From Candidatus Poribacteria bacterium (GTDB taxonomy: Bacteria; Poribacteria; WGA-4E; PCPOR2b), in assembly GCA_965116925.1 (NCBI GenBank), contig OZ220744.1, positions 3,904,001 to 3,968,000 of the forward strand: 64,000 nt of DNA. Reading direction: 5' to 3'. Positions within the stretch are counted from its first letter, which is position 1; each line of letters begins with the position of its first letter. The translations under genes and the position numbers were made by a program. This document shows, piece by piece, positions 1-9,442 of this stretch. The notes beneath the pieces were generated by a model. The model was given only the letters and a program-made list of their open reading frames with translations. It had not been told where the DNA came from and did no database searches.

Positions 1-184
1 TGGAAGTATGGACAGATTGTGTCCATACTTCTAAAAACGGGTTGCAAGTGCATGCAAATATGCGGTAAATTTTTTGAGCCAGTGACAATATTCATTCTAT
101 AGACATACCCCACTGAAGGATGCTTAGACGGTAATTCGGGGTATCTTGACTACGCGTAGTCAATGAGCCAAGTGAATACGGAAC

Positions 185-497
185 GGGCAACTACAGTGGG
201 GTGCCATCAAGGATCCTGTAGGGAATAACGATCGTTATTCCCTACGGAAGGGCGTAACTCGTACCCAATCTGCAATCAACAATAAGAATCCCAACGATTA
301 AGATGAAAATGTAACTGTTTGTAACTGTTTGTAATGTGATTGAAAGTCTATGACAAAACGTTTCATACTGAAATAGGGACAATTTTCCCATTTGCGCGGG
401 AAAAATGGGAAAATTTGATTTTCCCATGGAAAACGTAACCTTTTTAATCTCGCTCATGCTACCTTAACACCTTAATCTTTTAGCTGCGTAAGTTCTA
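185..497. repeat. Composite MITE/REP repeat (family A); inverted, diverged copy of ~45894-46215
   Basis: Long stretches match the reverse complement of 45894-46215 (e.g. gaaatagggacaattttcccatttgcgcgggaaaa). End CTGCGTAAGTTCTA at 484-497; perfect 28-bp palindrome at 218-245. Confidence 0.85.
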
Positions 498-534
498 AGG
501 CGTTAGGTTCTTGAGAGGGAAGGAGGCACAGCAA

Positions 535-1515
535 ATGCAATGGAGATATAAATCCACATATTTCGTGCTAGCGAGCGTTGTCCTCTTAGGTTTGACGACG
601 CTGATGGTAGGCGTTGACGCACAAGCACAGATTGCCTTTGTGTCTAATAGAGCTGGGAACTGGGACATCTATGTGATGGACGCTGATGGGGGGAACGCTC
701 GAAAACTCACAGACAGCCCCGCACCCGACCGGCACCCCACATGGTCCCCCGATGGTGAACGCATCGCCTTCGAGTCCGAGAGAGATGGGAACTTAGAAAT
801 CTACGTGATGGACGACGATGGTGGGAATCAATTAAACCTCACAAACAATCCGGCGGATGACTTTTACCCTTCATGGTCTCCCGACGGTAAGCGCATTGCC
901 TTCAGGTCCTCCAATAGGGATGGAAATTGGGGCATCTACGTGATGAACGCCGATGGAGTGCACCCTCGAAATCTCACCAAAAGTCATCGTCGTGCTGACT
1001 GGCAGCCCTCATGGTCTCCTAGTAGCAAACGTATTGTCTTCAGTTCTAGGTCTGGGCAAGAAGCACACTGGGACATTTACGTGATGAATGCCAATGGAAA
1101 GAACCCTCGAAACCTTACCAAAAGCCCCCACCGTGCGGATTCTCATCCCTCATGGTCTCCTAGTGGTAAACGCATTGCCTTCACATCTAGGGCTACGGAT
1201 TGGCACAATTCGCGCTCAGACATCTATGTGATGGACACCGATGGGAATAATCCTCGGAACCTTACTAAGGATTACCGCGGCGCAGACTTTTATCCCTCAT
1301 GGTCCACCAATGCCAAACAGATTGCCTTTACATCTGATAGGGCTGGGAACTTAGACATTTTTGTGATGGACACCAATGGTGGGGATCCTCGAAATCTCAC
1401 CAAAAATTCTTTAGCAGCTGAATCTCAGCCTGCATGGTTTCGTTCTGCTTATGCAGTTGCGCCCGCTGGTAAGCAATCCACGATGTGGGGGTGGCTCAAA
1501 CAGGGCACCCGATGA
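535..1515 (+). CDS. TolB-like PD40-repeat beta-propeller, secreted, with C-terminal WGxLK tag
   Basis: About six 44-aa repeats (PxWSPDGxRIAF...DIYVMDADG); signal peptide ending AQA; AGGAGG at 521-526 favours ATG 535 over TTG 511. Confidence 0.9.
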   Translation: MQWRYKSTYFVLASVVLLGLTTLMVGVDAQAQIAFVSNRAGNWDIYVMDADGGNARKLTDSPAPDRHPTWSPDGERIAFESERDGNLEIYVMDDDGGNQLNLTNNPADDFYPSWSPDGKRIAFRSSNRDGNWGIYVMNADGVHPRNLTKSHRRADWQPSWSPSSKRIVFSSRSGQEAHWDIYVMNANGKNPRNLTKSPHRADSHPSWSPSGKRIAFTSRATDWHNSRSDIYVMDTDGNNPRNLTKDYRGADFYPSWSTNAKQIAFTSDRAGNLDIFVMDTNGGDPRNLTKNSLAAESQPAWFRSAYAVAPAGKQSTMWGWLKQGTR

Positions 1516-1550
1516 GTGTCCCGATAGAATCAGGAAAGGAGGAACAGTAA

Positions 1551-2504
1551 ATGGGACGAAGATACAATCTCGTATATTTCATGCGAGCGAGCATTATCCT
1601 CTTAGGTCTGACAACGCTGATGGTAGGGGTTGACGCGCAGGCACAAATTGCCTTTACGTCTGAGAGGATTCACACCGTAGACATCTACGTGATGGAGGCA
1701 GATGGCAGCAATCCTCGACAACTTACCGACGATCGTTGGGCGGACGATTTTCTCTCATGGTCGCCAGACGGTACACGCATCGCCTTCGCCTCCCAAGATA
1801 ACAGAAATTGGGACATCTATGTGATGTCCGTTGATGGCGGGAATCCTCGAAATCTCACTAACAGCCCCCATGGTGAGTGGGAACCTTCATGGTCGCCAGA
1901 CGGTGAACGCATTGCCTTCGCCTCCGATAGGGAGTTGAAGACAGACATCTACGTGATGGACGCCGATGGCAGTGATCCGCAAAACCTTACAAACAATCGC
2001 CATACTGACCGCTATCCTTCATGGTCGCCCGATGGCAAATACATTGCCTTCGCTTCCTATAGGGGTGCCAACTGGGACATCTACGTCATGAACGCCGATG
2101 GCAGCAACCCTCAAAACCTCACAGGCAGCCACCGTGACAACTGGGCACCCTCATGGTCTCCCAACGGTAAACGTATCGCCTTCACCTCTGCACCTAAGGG
2201 AGATGAAATGGAAATCTACGTCATGAACGCCGATGGTAGCAATCCCCAAAACCTCACCAATCATCCCGCAGTTGACAAGTTGCCCTCATGGTCTCCTAAC
2301 GGCAAGCAGATTGCTTTCGTCTCTGATAGGAAGGGCAACTTGGACATCTACATCATGGCTGCCGATGGTAGCAATCCCCAAAACCTCACAAACAGCCCTT
2401 TTCCGGATGAGTCTCATCCTGCGTGGTTTCATTCCGGTTTTGCAGTTGATCCTGCCGGTAAACAATTCACGATGTGGGGGTGGCTCAAGCAGGTCGTCCA
2501 ATAA
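1551..2504 (+). CDS. TolB-like PD40-repeat beta-propeller (paralogue 2)
   Basis: Same repeats and signal peptide; ends AVDPAGKQFTMWGWLKQ. Confidence 0.9.
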   Translation: MGRRYNLVYFMRASIILLGLTTLMVGVDAQAQIAFTSERIHTVDIYVMEADGSNPRQLTDDRWADDFLSWSPDGTRIAFASQDNRNWDIYVMSVDGGNPRNLTNSPHGEWEPSWSPDGERIAFASDRELKTDIYVMDADGSDPQNLTNNRHTDRYPSWSPDGKYIAFASYRGANWDIYVMNADGSNPQNLTGSHRDNWAPSWSPNGKRIAFTSAPKGDEMEIYVMNADGSNPQNLTNHPAVDKLPSWSPNGKQIAFVSDRKGNLDIYIMAADGSNPQNLTNSPFPDESHPAWFHSGFAVDPAGKQFTMWGWLKQVVQ

Positions 2505-2534
2505 CTAACTTTGAGACAGAAGGAGGCACAGCAG

Positions 2535-3479
2535 ATGAAACGGAGATACAGTCTCGCACATTTCATTTTAGTCAGCGTTATAGCCTTGGGGCTGGCATCG
2601 CTGGCGGTAGGTGTCAACGCACAGGCACAGATTGCCTTTACGTCTGATAGGGATGGGAACGAGGACATCTACATAATGGACACCGATGGAAAGAATCAGC
2701 GAAAACTCACCAATCATCCCGAAGATGAGGACGATCCCTCATGGTCACCGGACGGCAAACAGATTGCCTTCGAGAGGGACTGGGACATCTACGTGATGGA
2801 CACCGATGGTGGGAATCAATTGAACCTCACAAACAATCCGGCGGAGGATTTTCACACTTCATGGTCTCCTGGTGGCAAACGCATTGCCTTCGTGTCTGAT
2901 AGAGATGGGAACAGTGAAATCTACGTGATGGACACCGATGGGCAGAATCCTCAAAGACTCACAGATAATCCTGCGGTTGACCATTCTCCCTCTTGGTCTC
3001 CTGACGGCAAACGCATTGCCTTCGTGTCTGATAGGGATGGGAACGAGGACATCTACGTGATGGACACCGATGGTGGTAATCGTCGAAAACTCACTCAACA
3101 CCGTCGTGGTGATGGGTCACCCTCTTGGTCCCCCGATGGCAAACGCATTGCCTTCGTATCTAATAGAGGGGGTTGGGACATCTTCGTGATGGACGCTGAT
3201 GGACAAAATCCTCGCAACCTCACCAAAGATGGCGATGCCTGGGGCTACTTTGATCCCTCTTGGTCCCCCGACGGCAAACGCATTGCCTTCTCTTACGTCG
3301 GAAGGAATGGCAAGGCGGACATCTATGTGATGGATGCCGATGGACAAAATCCTCGACAACTCACCAACAATCCTTTAGCATTTGATTACGAACCTGCTTG
3401 GTATCGACCTGTGTTTGCAGTCGCACCTGTGGGTAAGCAATTCACGATGTGGGGGTGGCTGAAACAGATCGCCCGATAA
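2535..3479 (+). CDS. TolB-like PD40-repeat beta-propeller (paralogue 3)
   Basis: Same repeats; leader gaaggaggcacagca shared with paralogue 1; ends AVAPVGKQFTMWGWLKQ. Confidence 0.9.
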   Translation: MKRRYSLAHFILVSVIALGLASLAVGVNAQAQIAFTSDRDGNEDIYIMDTDGKNQRKLTNHPEDEDDPSWSPDGKQIAFERDWDIYVMDTDGGNQLNLTNNPAEDFHTSWSPGGKRIAFVSDRDGNSEIYVMDTDGQNPQRLTDNPAVDHSPSWSPDGKRIAFVSDRDGNEDIYVMDTDGGNRRKLTQHRRGDGSPSWSPDGKRIAFVSNRGGWDIFVMDADGQNPRNLTKDGDAWGYFDPSWSPDGKRIAFSYVGRNGKADIYVMDADGQNPRQLTNNPLAFDYEPAWYRPVFAVAPVGKQFTMWGWLKQIAR

Positions 3480-3505
3480 CTGCCACACCGGGTACTAGAG
3501 TGCGT

Positions 3506-4201
3506 TTACTGAGGAATCAACGTCCTCAACTCTCGAATACTCGATAGAATATAATCCGGTGCCGCTGCCATCAGTTGTGCTTTTGTCTGAGACCCCGTCA
3601 ATACAGCGACCGTCCAAGCACCGGCGTTCTTGCCCTCTTGAACATCCACCACAGTATCCCCAATTTTGAGGACCTTGCTTCCATCTGTAATACCGAGCTG
3701 TTGCATTGCGTCATGGATCATCTTCGGGTTGGGACGTCCTACACCGATCTGCTCGGCACTCCCTACATAGTCAAGCAGTCCTTGGCCCAGCCAGCCTAGT
3801 TGGGAGACGATTGCCTGAACCACCTGCATCGGAAAGCCGCTCCCCACCCCAATATAGATACCCTTGGATTTGAGGTATCGGAAAAGCTCGGTTGCGCCGT
3901 CAATCTCCGATATACTCGAAAGATTACTTTCCAGTTCATGAAGAAAATCACGATACACATCATCGCCGATGCGCTCGACATTGGTGGGAGATAATTCTGC
4001 AACCTCTTTTAGAAGGGTTTGGATAGCCTCGGACTTCTGCTTTCCCCGATGCTTGTTAATTAGGTCTGGGGCGAGGTTGATCCCGTGCTTCGCAAAGGCG
4101 CGCATCATACTGATGACCATCAGCGGGTGTCCGTCGACTTTGTCGTTGACAGTGGTTCCCGCCATGTCGAACATTGCTAGCTGAATTGGTTGGGGGAGCA
4201 T
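3506..4201 (-). CDS. HAD-family hydrolase, phosphonatase-like
   Basis: Motif I FDMAGTT, GRPNP, IGDTVVD; ATG 4201 directly follows the GS-family gene stop. Confidence 0.85.
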   Translation of the reverse strand: MLPQPIQLAMFDMAGTTVNDKVDGHPLMVISMMRAFAKHGINLAPDLINKHRGKQKSEAIQTLLKEVAELSPTNVERIGDDVYRDFLHELESNLSSISEIDGATELFRYLKSKGIYIGVGSGFPMQVVQAIVSQLGWLGQGLLDYVGSAEQIGVGRPNPKMIHDAMQQLGITDGSKVLKIGDTVVDVQEGKNAGAWTVAVLTGSQTKAQLMAAAPDYILSSIRELRTLIPQ

Positions 4202-4205
4202 AGTA

Positions 4206-5570
4206 TCAGATAATCTCAAAGTAGCGTTTGAGTTCCCAATCCGTTATAGCGCGATGGAATTCCATAATTTCATGCTCGCGTGTAATGACGAAATGGTCCA
4301 CAAACGCATCACCGAGGCAGGCTCGACTGATTTCGCTGTCTGTCAACAGATCCGTTGCTTCCGCCAACGATCTTGGCAAGAGTTCAAACCGATCTTGAGG
4401 GGCATTGTAGGCATTGCCGTTAAACGGTTCACCGGGGTCGAGTTGATGTTCGATGCCGTATAGCCCAGCAGCGAGGCTTGCCGCCATAGCGATATGTGGA
4501 TTGCCATCGGCACCGGCTAGCCGATATTCCGTCCGCGTGGATTTAGGGGAGGTGCCGGGAATTGCACGAAGGGCGCAAGTTCGATTTTCAATTCCCCACG
4601 AGGCACTGGTCGGTGCCCAAGCACCGGGGACTGTTCGCTTGTAGGAGTTGATTGTTGGACAGATGAGTGCCATCATTTCAGGCATTGCAGCGATCTGTCC
4701 CGCAATATAGTGCTTCATCGTTTGAGACATGCCCGAAGCATCGGATTCATCGGCAAACAGATTTGTGTCACCTTCTAAATTCCATAAGCTCTGGTGCAGG
4801 TGACCGCTGCAACCGGGATAGTCTAGACTCCACCTTGCCATGAAGGTTGCGACGAGTCCGTGTCTGGCTAAAATCTCTTTCACGCCGGTTTTGAACAGTG
4901 CAGCTTTGTCTGCGGCGCTGCAGGCGGTGTCATAGCGAATGGCGGTTTCATACACGCCGGGTCCCGTTTCCGTATGTATCCCTTCTAGTTCAACATCATA
5001 TTCCTTCATCCCATCGATAATTGCGTGAACATAATCCGCAGCTGCAGATGCTCGTAACACACTATAGCCGAACCAGCCGGGCGAGAGCGGCGTCATGTTC
5101 TCAAATCCTTTATCCTCTAGGGAATGGGGTGTCTCTCGGAAGATGAAGTACTCGTACTCCGCTGACATATACGGCTGGAATCCCATATCATTCGCTTTGC
5201 GGACGACTGTTTGGAGCAGCTGGCGTGGTGAAACCGTAAGTGGCTGATCTTCGCTCTCGTAAAAGTCAAGCAGAAACAGTGCTGTATGCGGCTCCCAAGG
5301 TATTGCGCGATATGTACTCAGATCAATCTTGGCGAGGAGATCGGGATACCCGGTATGCCATCCCGTGACGGTCGGTTGTTCGTAGAGTTGATCAATCATG
5401 TCCCAGCCGAATGTCACATCGCAGAAGCCCAAGCCCTTTTCGATAGCAGAGAAAAATTTATCGAGCGAAATGTATTTGCCGCGCATGACCCCATCAATAT
5501 CGAAGCCAGCGAGCTTAATCTTCTGGATTTTGTCGCTTTCAAGGTGTGCCTTGATCTGATTTATTTCCAT
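4206..5570 (-). CDS. Glutamine synthetase family protein (gamma-glutamyl-amine ligase-like)
   Basis: RGK, EYEY, HTETGPGVYE, SGHLHQS, NSYKR, NRT and EYR motifs; resembles the PuuA-like subgroup. Confidence 0.85.
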   Translation of the reverse strand: MEINQIKAHLESDKIQKIKLAGFDIDGVMRGKYISLDKFFSAIEKGLGFCDVTFGWDMIDQLYEQPTVTGWHTGYPDLLAKIDLSTYRAIPWEPHTALFLLDFYESEDQPLTVSPRQLLQTVVRKANDMGFQPYMSAEYEYFIFRETPHSLEDKGFENMTPLSPGWFGYSVLRASAAADYVHAIIDGMKEYDVELEGIHTETGPGVYETAIRYDTACSAADKAALFKTGVKEILARHGLVATFMARWSLDYPGCSGHLHQSLWNLEGDTNLFADESDASGMSQTMKHYIAGQIAAMPEMMALICPTINSYKRTVPGAWAPTSASWGIENRTCALRAIPGTSPKSTRTEYRLAGADGNPHIAMAASLAAGLYGIEHQLDPGEPFNGNAYNAPQDRFELLPRSLAEATDLLTDSEISRACLGDAFVDHFVITREHEIMEFHRAITDWELKRYFEII

Positions 5571-5718
5571 AATGCCCTTCTTCTGCGTTAAGGCGGGAGG
5601 TCCAACTTCTGCCGAAACTCAATTGACAGATACAAGATATTGAGGCATTAGCCGGTGGTGTCCGATACCGGCTAACGCTGCAGCTTATTTCCCGCGCACT
5701 TCATGGTTTCTGACCATT

Positions 5719-6678
5719 TTAGGAGTCAGGCAAAGCCCCTTCAATCTGATCAACAAGGTGAATCGAATGGATCACGTCACGCAGATCACTGATCGGGACT
5801 TTTTGGTTACGGACGCAGTCTACGAAGTGCTCGTGCATCGTTAGAACACCTTCATATCGAGGTGTATCTCGCTCGTCAATGTCATCAACTTCCCAACCGC
5901 CCATCGTATGGCTCTGGTTGTCTTCGTGAATTTCGATCTCTGCCGGAATCTTCATGTAACACCCAATTCCCACGCCGTGCAGTTCTGAGCGAAGCACCCG
6001 ACCCCCTGACGCCCGATTCCCAAGTAGCACACCAGTAACATCATTATCAAAGCGGACGAGAGCGGTGTAACAATTTCGACTTTCGCTGCCGAATTTGTCC
6101 CGATACGCCGTCACCTCAACAGGTTCACCACCCGCCATATACCGCAAAAGATCAACAACGTGACACACATCGTTCCAGAGTGTGGTGGTAAACTCCTTGC
6201 CATCACCGCCGAGAATCTGCTTGTTGAAGGTAGTTATTGCTGTAGAAACACGCCCTTTCTCTGCCACGCGGCGCATTGCCTCACGGGTCACTGCGGCGTA
6301 ACGGCGTTGAAAACCGACCATCGCATAGACATCATTTGCGATTGCAGTGTCAAGCAGCTGCTGCGTCTCATCGCTGTTAGCACCGGGCGGCTTTTCGATG
6401 AAGATATGCTTCCCCGCGTTGAGGCAATCGAGCGCGGGTTGCAATATCCACTCTTCACGCATCACGCAGTAGATAATATCCAAGTCAACACTGTCGAGCA
6501 TCTCGCGGTGATCTGTGAATGTATGCGCGAACTCATATTTATTGGCGACCTGATTCAACCGTTCTTCATCAAGTTCGCATACTGCGACCAGCTCGACATC
6601 ATCTTCGAGACGGTTCACATTCGGATAGTGCGCGCCTTGACTTCTGCCACCCGCACCGATAAATCCTGCCTTTAACAT
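5719..6678 (-). CDS. Gfo/Idh/MocA oxidoreductase
   Basis: GFIGAG Rossmann motif, EKP, DxxH. Confidence 0.85.
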   Translation of the reverse strand: MLKAGFIGAGGRSQGAHYPNVNRLEDDVELVAVCELDEERLNQVANKYEFAHTFTDHREMLDSVDLDIIYCVMREEWILQPALDCLNAGKHIFIEKPPGANSDETQQLLDTAIANDVYAMVGFQRRYAAVTREAMRRVAEKGRVSTAITTFNKQILGGDGKEFTTTLWNDVCHVVDLLRYMAGGEPVEVTAYRDKFGSESRNCYTALVRFDNDVTGVLLGNRASGGRVLRSELHGVGIGCYMKIPAEIEIHEDNQSHTMGGWEVDDIDERDTPRYEGVLTMHEHFVDCVRNQKVPISDLRDVIHSIHLVDQIEGALPDS

Positions 6679-6802
6679 GGTGATTCCTTTCTGATGTAGG
6701 ACATTTACAACGAGATCGAGACTCCCTGATACAGGGTCTATACTCGAAGATTGGTGAAGTACTGAAGGTGCAGCGTATTTTTTAATCGTATCACGTTTTC
6801 TA

Positions 6803-6831
6803 TTGGCAAGGCAACCAAATTCGTGTATAAT
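6803..6831 (+). promoter_or_regulatory. Putative sigma70 promoter
   Basis: TTGGCA-17 nt-TATAAT upstream of the 6895 operon. Confidence 0.5.
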
Positions 6832-6894
6832 TCGGTGGAGGGATAATTGGAACTTTTGCCAGTAGAATCACAACCAAGAAGAAGGAAAAGCTCG

Positions 6895-7266
6895 ATGACT
6901 GAGACGCAAAAAGAAACCGTAGAGGCACTAGTGACGGAACTCCAACAGGGAACCCTGACGGAAGCCGGTCTGCGCGAGGGTATCACAGACATTGTGGGGA
7001 CAGACACCCCAAAACGGCAGGACATCCTCTATCTGCAAGCAGTAACCACTTCCCCCGGAGCGGCGGTAGTCGGTATGCTGCTGGTTGAGGATGGAGAACT
7101 TCGTGAGGGACCACCTGATCCAGAGGATTGGCCCTATCAGACAGTCATAGAAGCGGTCCGGGATGGCTGGCGGATTATTTCTTTCCCGAATATGGCGCTG
7201 CTTGCTGTAGATGAAAAAGAGTTCTACGGCTTGGGCGCTGAATTCATTCTTGAACGCTGGAGGTAA
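6895..7266 (+). CDS. Hypothetical protein
   Basis: Purine-rich RBS before ATG 6895; abuts the next gene; no family recognised. Confidence 0.65.
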   Translation: MTETQKETVEALVTELQQGTLTEAGLREGITDIVGTDTPKRQDILYLQAVTTSPGAAVVGMLLVEDGELREGPPDPEDWPYQTVIEAVRDGWRIISFPNMALLAVDEKEFYGLGAEFILERWR

Positions 7267-7269
7267 GCT

Positions 7270-8133
7270 ATGCGAATATCGGAACGGAAGACCTATGACA
7301 GCAAACCAACCATGACGGATACTGAGGTGCTAGAGTTCTGCAAGAACGGCTATCTGATGCTTGAGGGTGTTGTCCCTGATGACATTAATCGCAGGGCGAT
7401 GGAATACTGCGATCAACACTCCTATATGGAGCCAAGCGGCATCCTGATGGAAGATTGGTTCGTTGAAAACGTGATAGTTCATCCGGAGGCTGCTGGCACT
7501 GTGCGTTCTCTTTTGGGGGCTAACTTTCACCTGCCAATATTGATGAGCAATCATCGTGTGCAGTGTCCCATTCAGGCTGTGGGTGGGTGGCATGTGGACG
7601 GCAACTATCACTACACGCACGAACTCAACTTTTTGCAGGTTTTCTACTACCCACAGGATACGCCCATTGAAATGGGACCAACGCAGATTGTGCCGGGCAC
7701 CCATCTTGTGCGAAACAAAGCGAGGTTCATGGGACATTTGGCTAGTATCAAGGGTGCTATGCCCACTACCGCGCCCGCCGGTTCTATCTTCCTAACCGTA
7801 TACCATATTTGGCATCGCCGCGGTCCGTCAACTGCTTCGGGCATCCGCAACCTACTCAAATACTTCTACTGGCGCACGACTCCGCCACAACGGGATTGGG
7901 TAACCGAACCAGATTTCGATTTTGCGACCGCTCAATACACTGGTCCTGGTGGGGCGTATGTGGAGCAGTTCCGCGACACAATCAAGGTGTCGGAGATGTT
8001 CTTATGGCTCTGTGGTCGCTACAAGTCGTTCCAGAATCTAGGTGGGCAAAGCTGGCCCCTGCCCGCAGATCGGAATGACCTTCCTTACGGCTTCCCTGCA
8101 GGACTCCCTCAACCGCAATCTGTTGAGTTGTAA
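7270..8133 (+). CDS. Phytanoyl-CoA dioxygenase (PhyH) family 2OG-Fe(II) oxygenase
   Basis: FxxNGY start, WHVD (HxD), GPTxxVPGTH, distal WHR. Confidence 0.85.
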   Translation: MRISERKTYDSKPTMTDTEVLEFCKNGYLMLEGVVPDDINRRAMEYCDQHSYMEPSGILMEDWFVENVIVHPEAAGTVRSLLGANFHLPILMSNHRVQCPIQAVGGWHVDGNYHYTHELNFLQVFYYPQDTPIEMGPTQIVPGTHLVRNKARFMGHLASIKGAMPTTAPAGSIFLTVYHIWHRRGPSTASGIRNLLKYFYWRTTPPQRDWVTEPDFDFATAQYTGPGGAYVEQFRDTIKVSEMFLWLCGRYKSFQNLGGQSWPLPADRNDLPYGFPAGLPQPQSVEL

Positions 8134-8159
8134 GAAAAACCAATATAACGAGGTGAACA

Positions 8160-9191
8160 ATGAGCAACGAAAAATTACGGGCAGGCGTTATCGGTTGCGG
8201 CTTGGGATCATATCATGGATATGCCTACGCCAATGCCCCTGAATTTGAACTCGTCGCAGTTTGTGACCTGAAGCCCGATGTTCTTGACAACTTCTTCGAG
8301 CGTTCAAAGATTACGCGTGGTTCTGTCCGCGAGTATAACGACTATCACGCCATGCTCGAAAAGGAGAATCTGGATGTCGTCAGCGTGGCGACGCCGGACG
8401 ATTATCACACCAACCCGGTCTGTGATGCCTCGGACGCTGGGGTCAAGGGGATTCTCTGCGAGAAACCGCTGACAATCAACCTCGGAGACGCGGATCGGAT
8501 TATTGAAACGGTTGAGCGGAATGGAACCAAAATGTCGGTGGATCATACACGAAGTTGGTTGCCGCTCTACCAAGGGGTGCGAACTGCGGTTCGGGAGGGT
8601 GAAATCGGTGGACTGACCCGTATTATCGCACACATGGGAGGGCGTCGGTCAATGCTTTTCCGTAACGGTACGCATCTTATCGACGCGGTCTGCTATTTTG
8701 CCGATGCGGATCCAGTCTGGCTCATCGCTGCACACGAGCAAGGCTTTGAAGACTACGGTCTTGAGTACAAGGGGGAAGGTGGGAGAGATCCTGGCCTCGA
8801 TCCAGCATCGTCAATTATTATTGAGTTCTCCAACGGGGTGCGCGGCATCGTGAACAGTGCTAAGATGACGCCTGCCGGTTGCGAATTCGATCTCCAGGGC
8901 CCGAATGGTCGCTACGTTTTGAACGATAACCATTGCAAGGCGTGGAAAACAGATCAACCCGAAGGAACAGCGACGGAAGCACCGGCACCCGAAGGTGAAA
9001 CCTACGGAGATTACTTCGGCGATAGCTTGATTCATCCCGTTCGAGAACTTGCCCAGATGGTTTGGAATGATGTGCCGAGTAGTTCACCGCCGCGCCGCGC
9101 CCGGCACACACTGGAGATTATGCTAGGGGCGTTGCAATCGCAGTCACGTGATAGTGCAAAAGTTCACTTACCTTTGCCACGTGAAGCGTGA
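8160..9191 (+). CDS. Gfo/Idh/MocA oxidoreductase
   Basis: GVIGCG, CEKP, NGTHLID. Confidence 0.85.
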   Translation: MSNEKLRAGVIGCGLGSYHGYAYANAPEFELVAVCDLKPDVLDNFFERSKITRGSVREYNDYHAMLEKENLDVVSVATPDDYHTNPVCDASDAGVKGILCEKPLTINLGDADRIIETVERNGTKMSVDHTRSWLPLYQGVRTAVREGEIGGLTRIIAHMGGRRSMLFRNGTHLIDAVCYFADADPVWLIAAHEQGFEDYGLEYKGEGGRDPGLDPASSIIIEFSNGVRGIVNSAKMTPAGCEFDLQGPNGRYVLNDNHCKAWKTDQPEGTATEAPAPEGETYGDYFGDSLIHPVRELAQMVWNDVPSSSPPRRARHTLEIMLGALQSQSRDSAKVHLPLPREA

Positions 9192-9442
9192 TGCGTAAAA
9201 GCCGAAAACGGGAAGACGAGAAAACCAGAAAACCGAAAAGAAAGTGCAAAACACGTTGAAAATCCCGATATATCGGAGTCCTCCCCGATTCCATCAGGAC
9301 AGGCGGAACGGGATTTGCACTATTTCTTAACATGAACCATTCTTTTTTAGGAGTTACGCAGTTGAATGTTCAAAGCCGTGTAGTTCAGCGATTTATCGCT
9401 GGAGATCTCATTCGTTGATGCCCGATGAATCGGGTAACTATA

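Noticed and set aside
242..457. Short ORFs at 242-457, 11733-12092 and 46066-46389
   Set aside because: They lie within non-coding MITE/REP repeats, and the reading frames are not conserved between copies.
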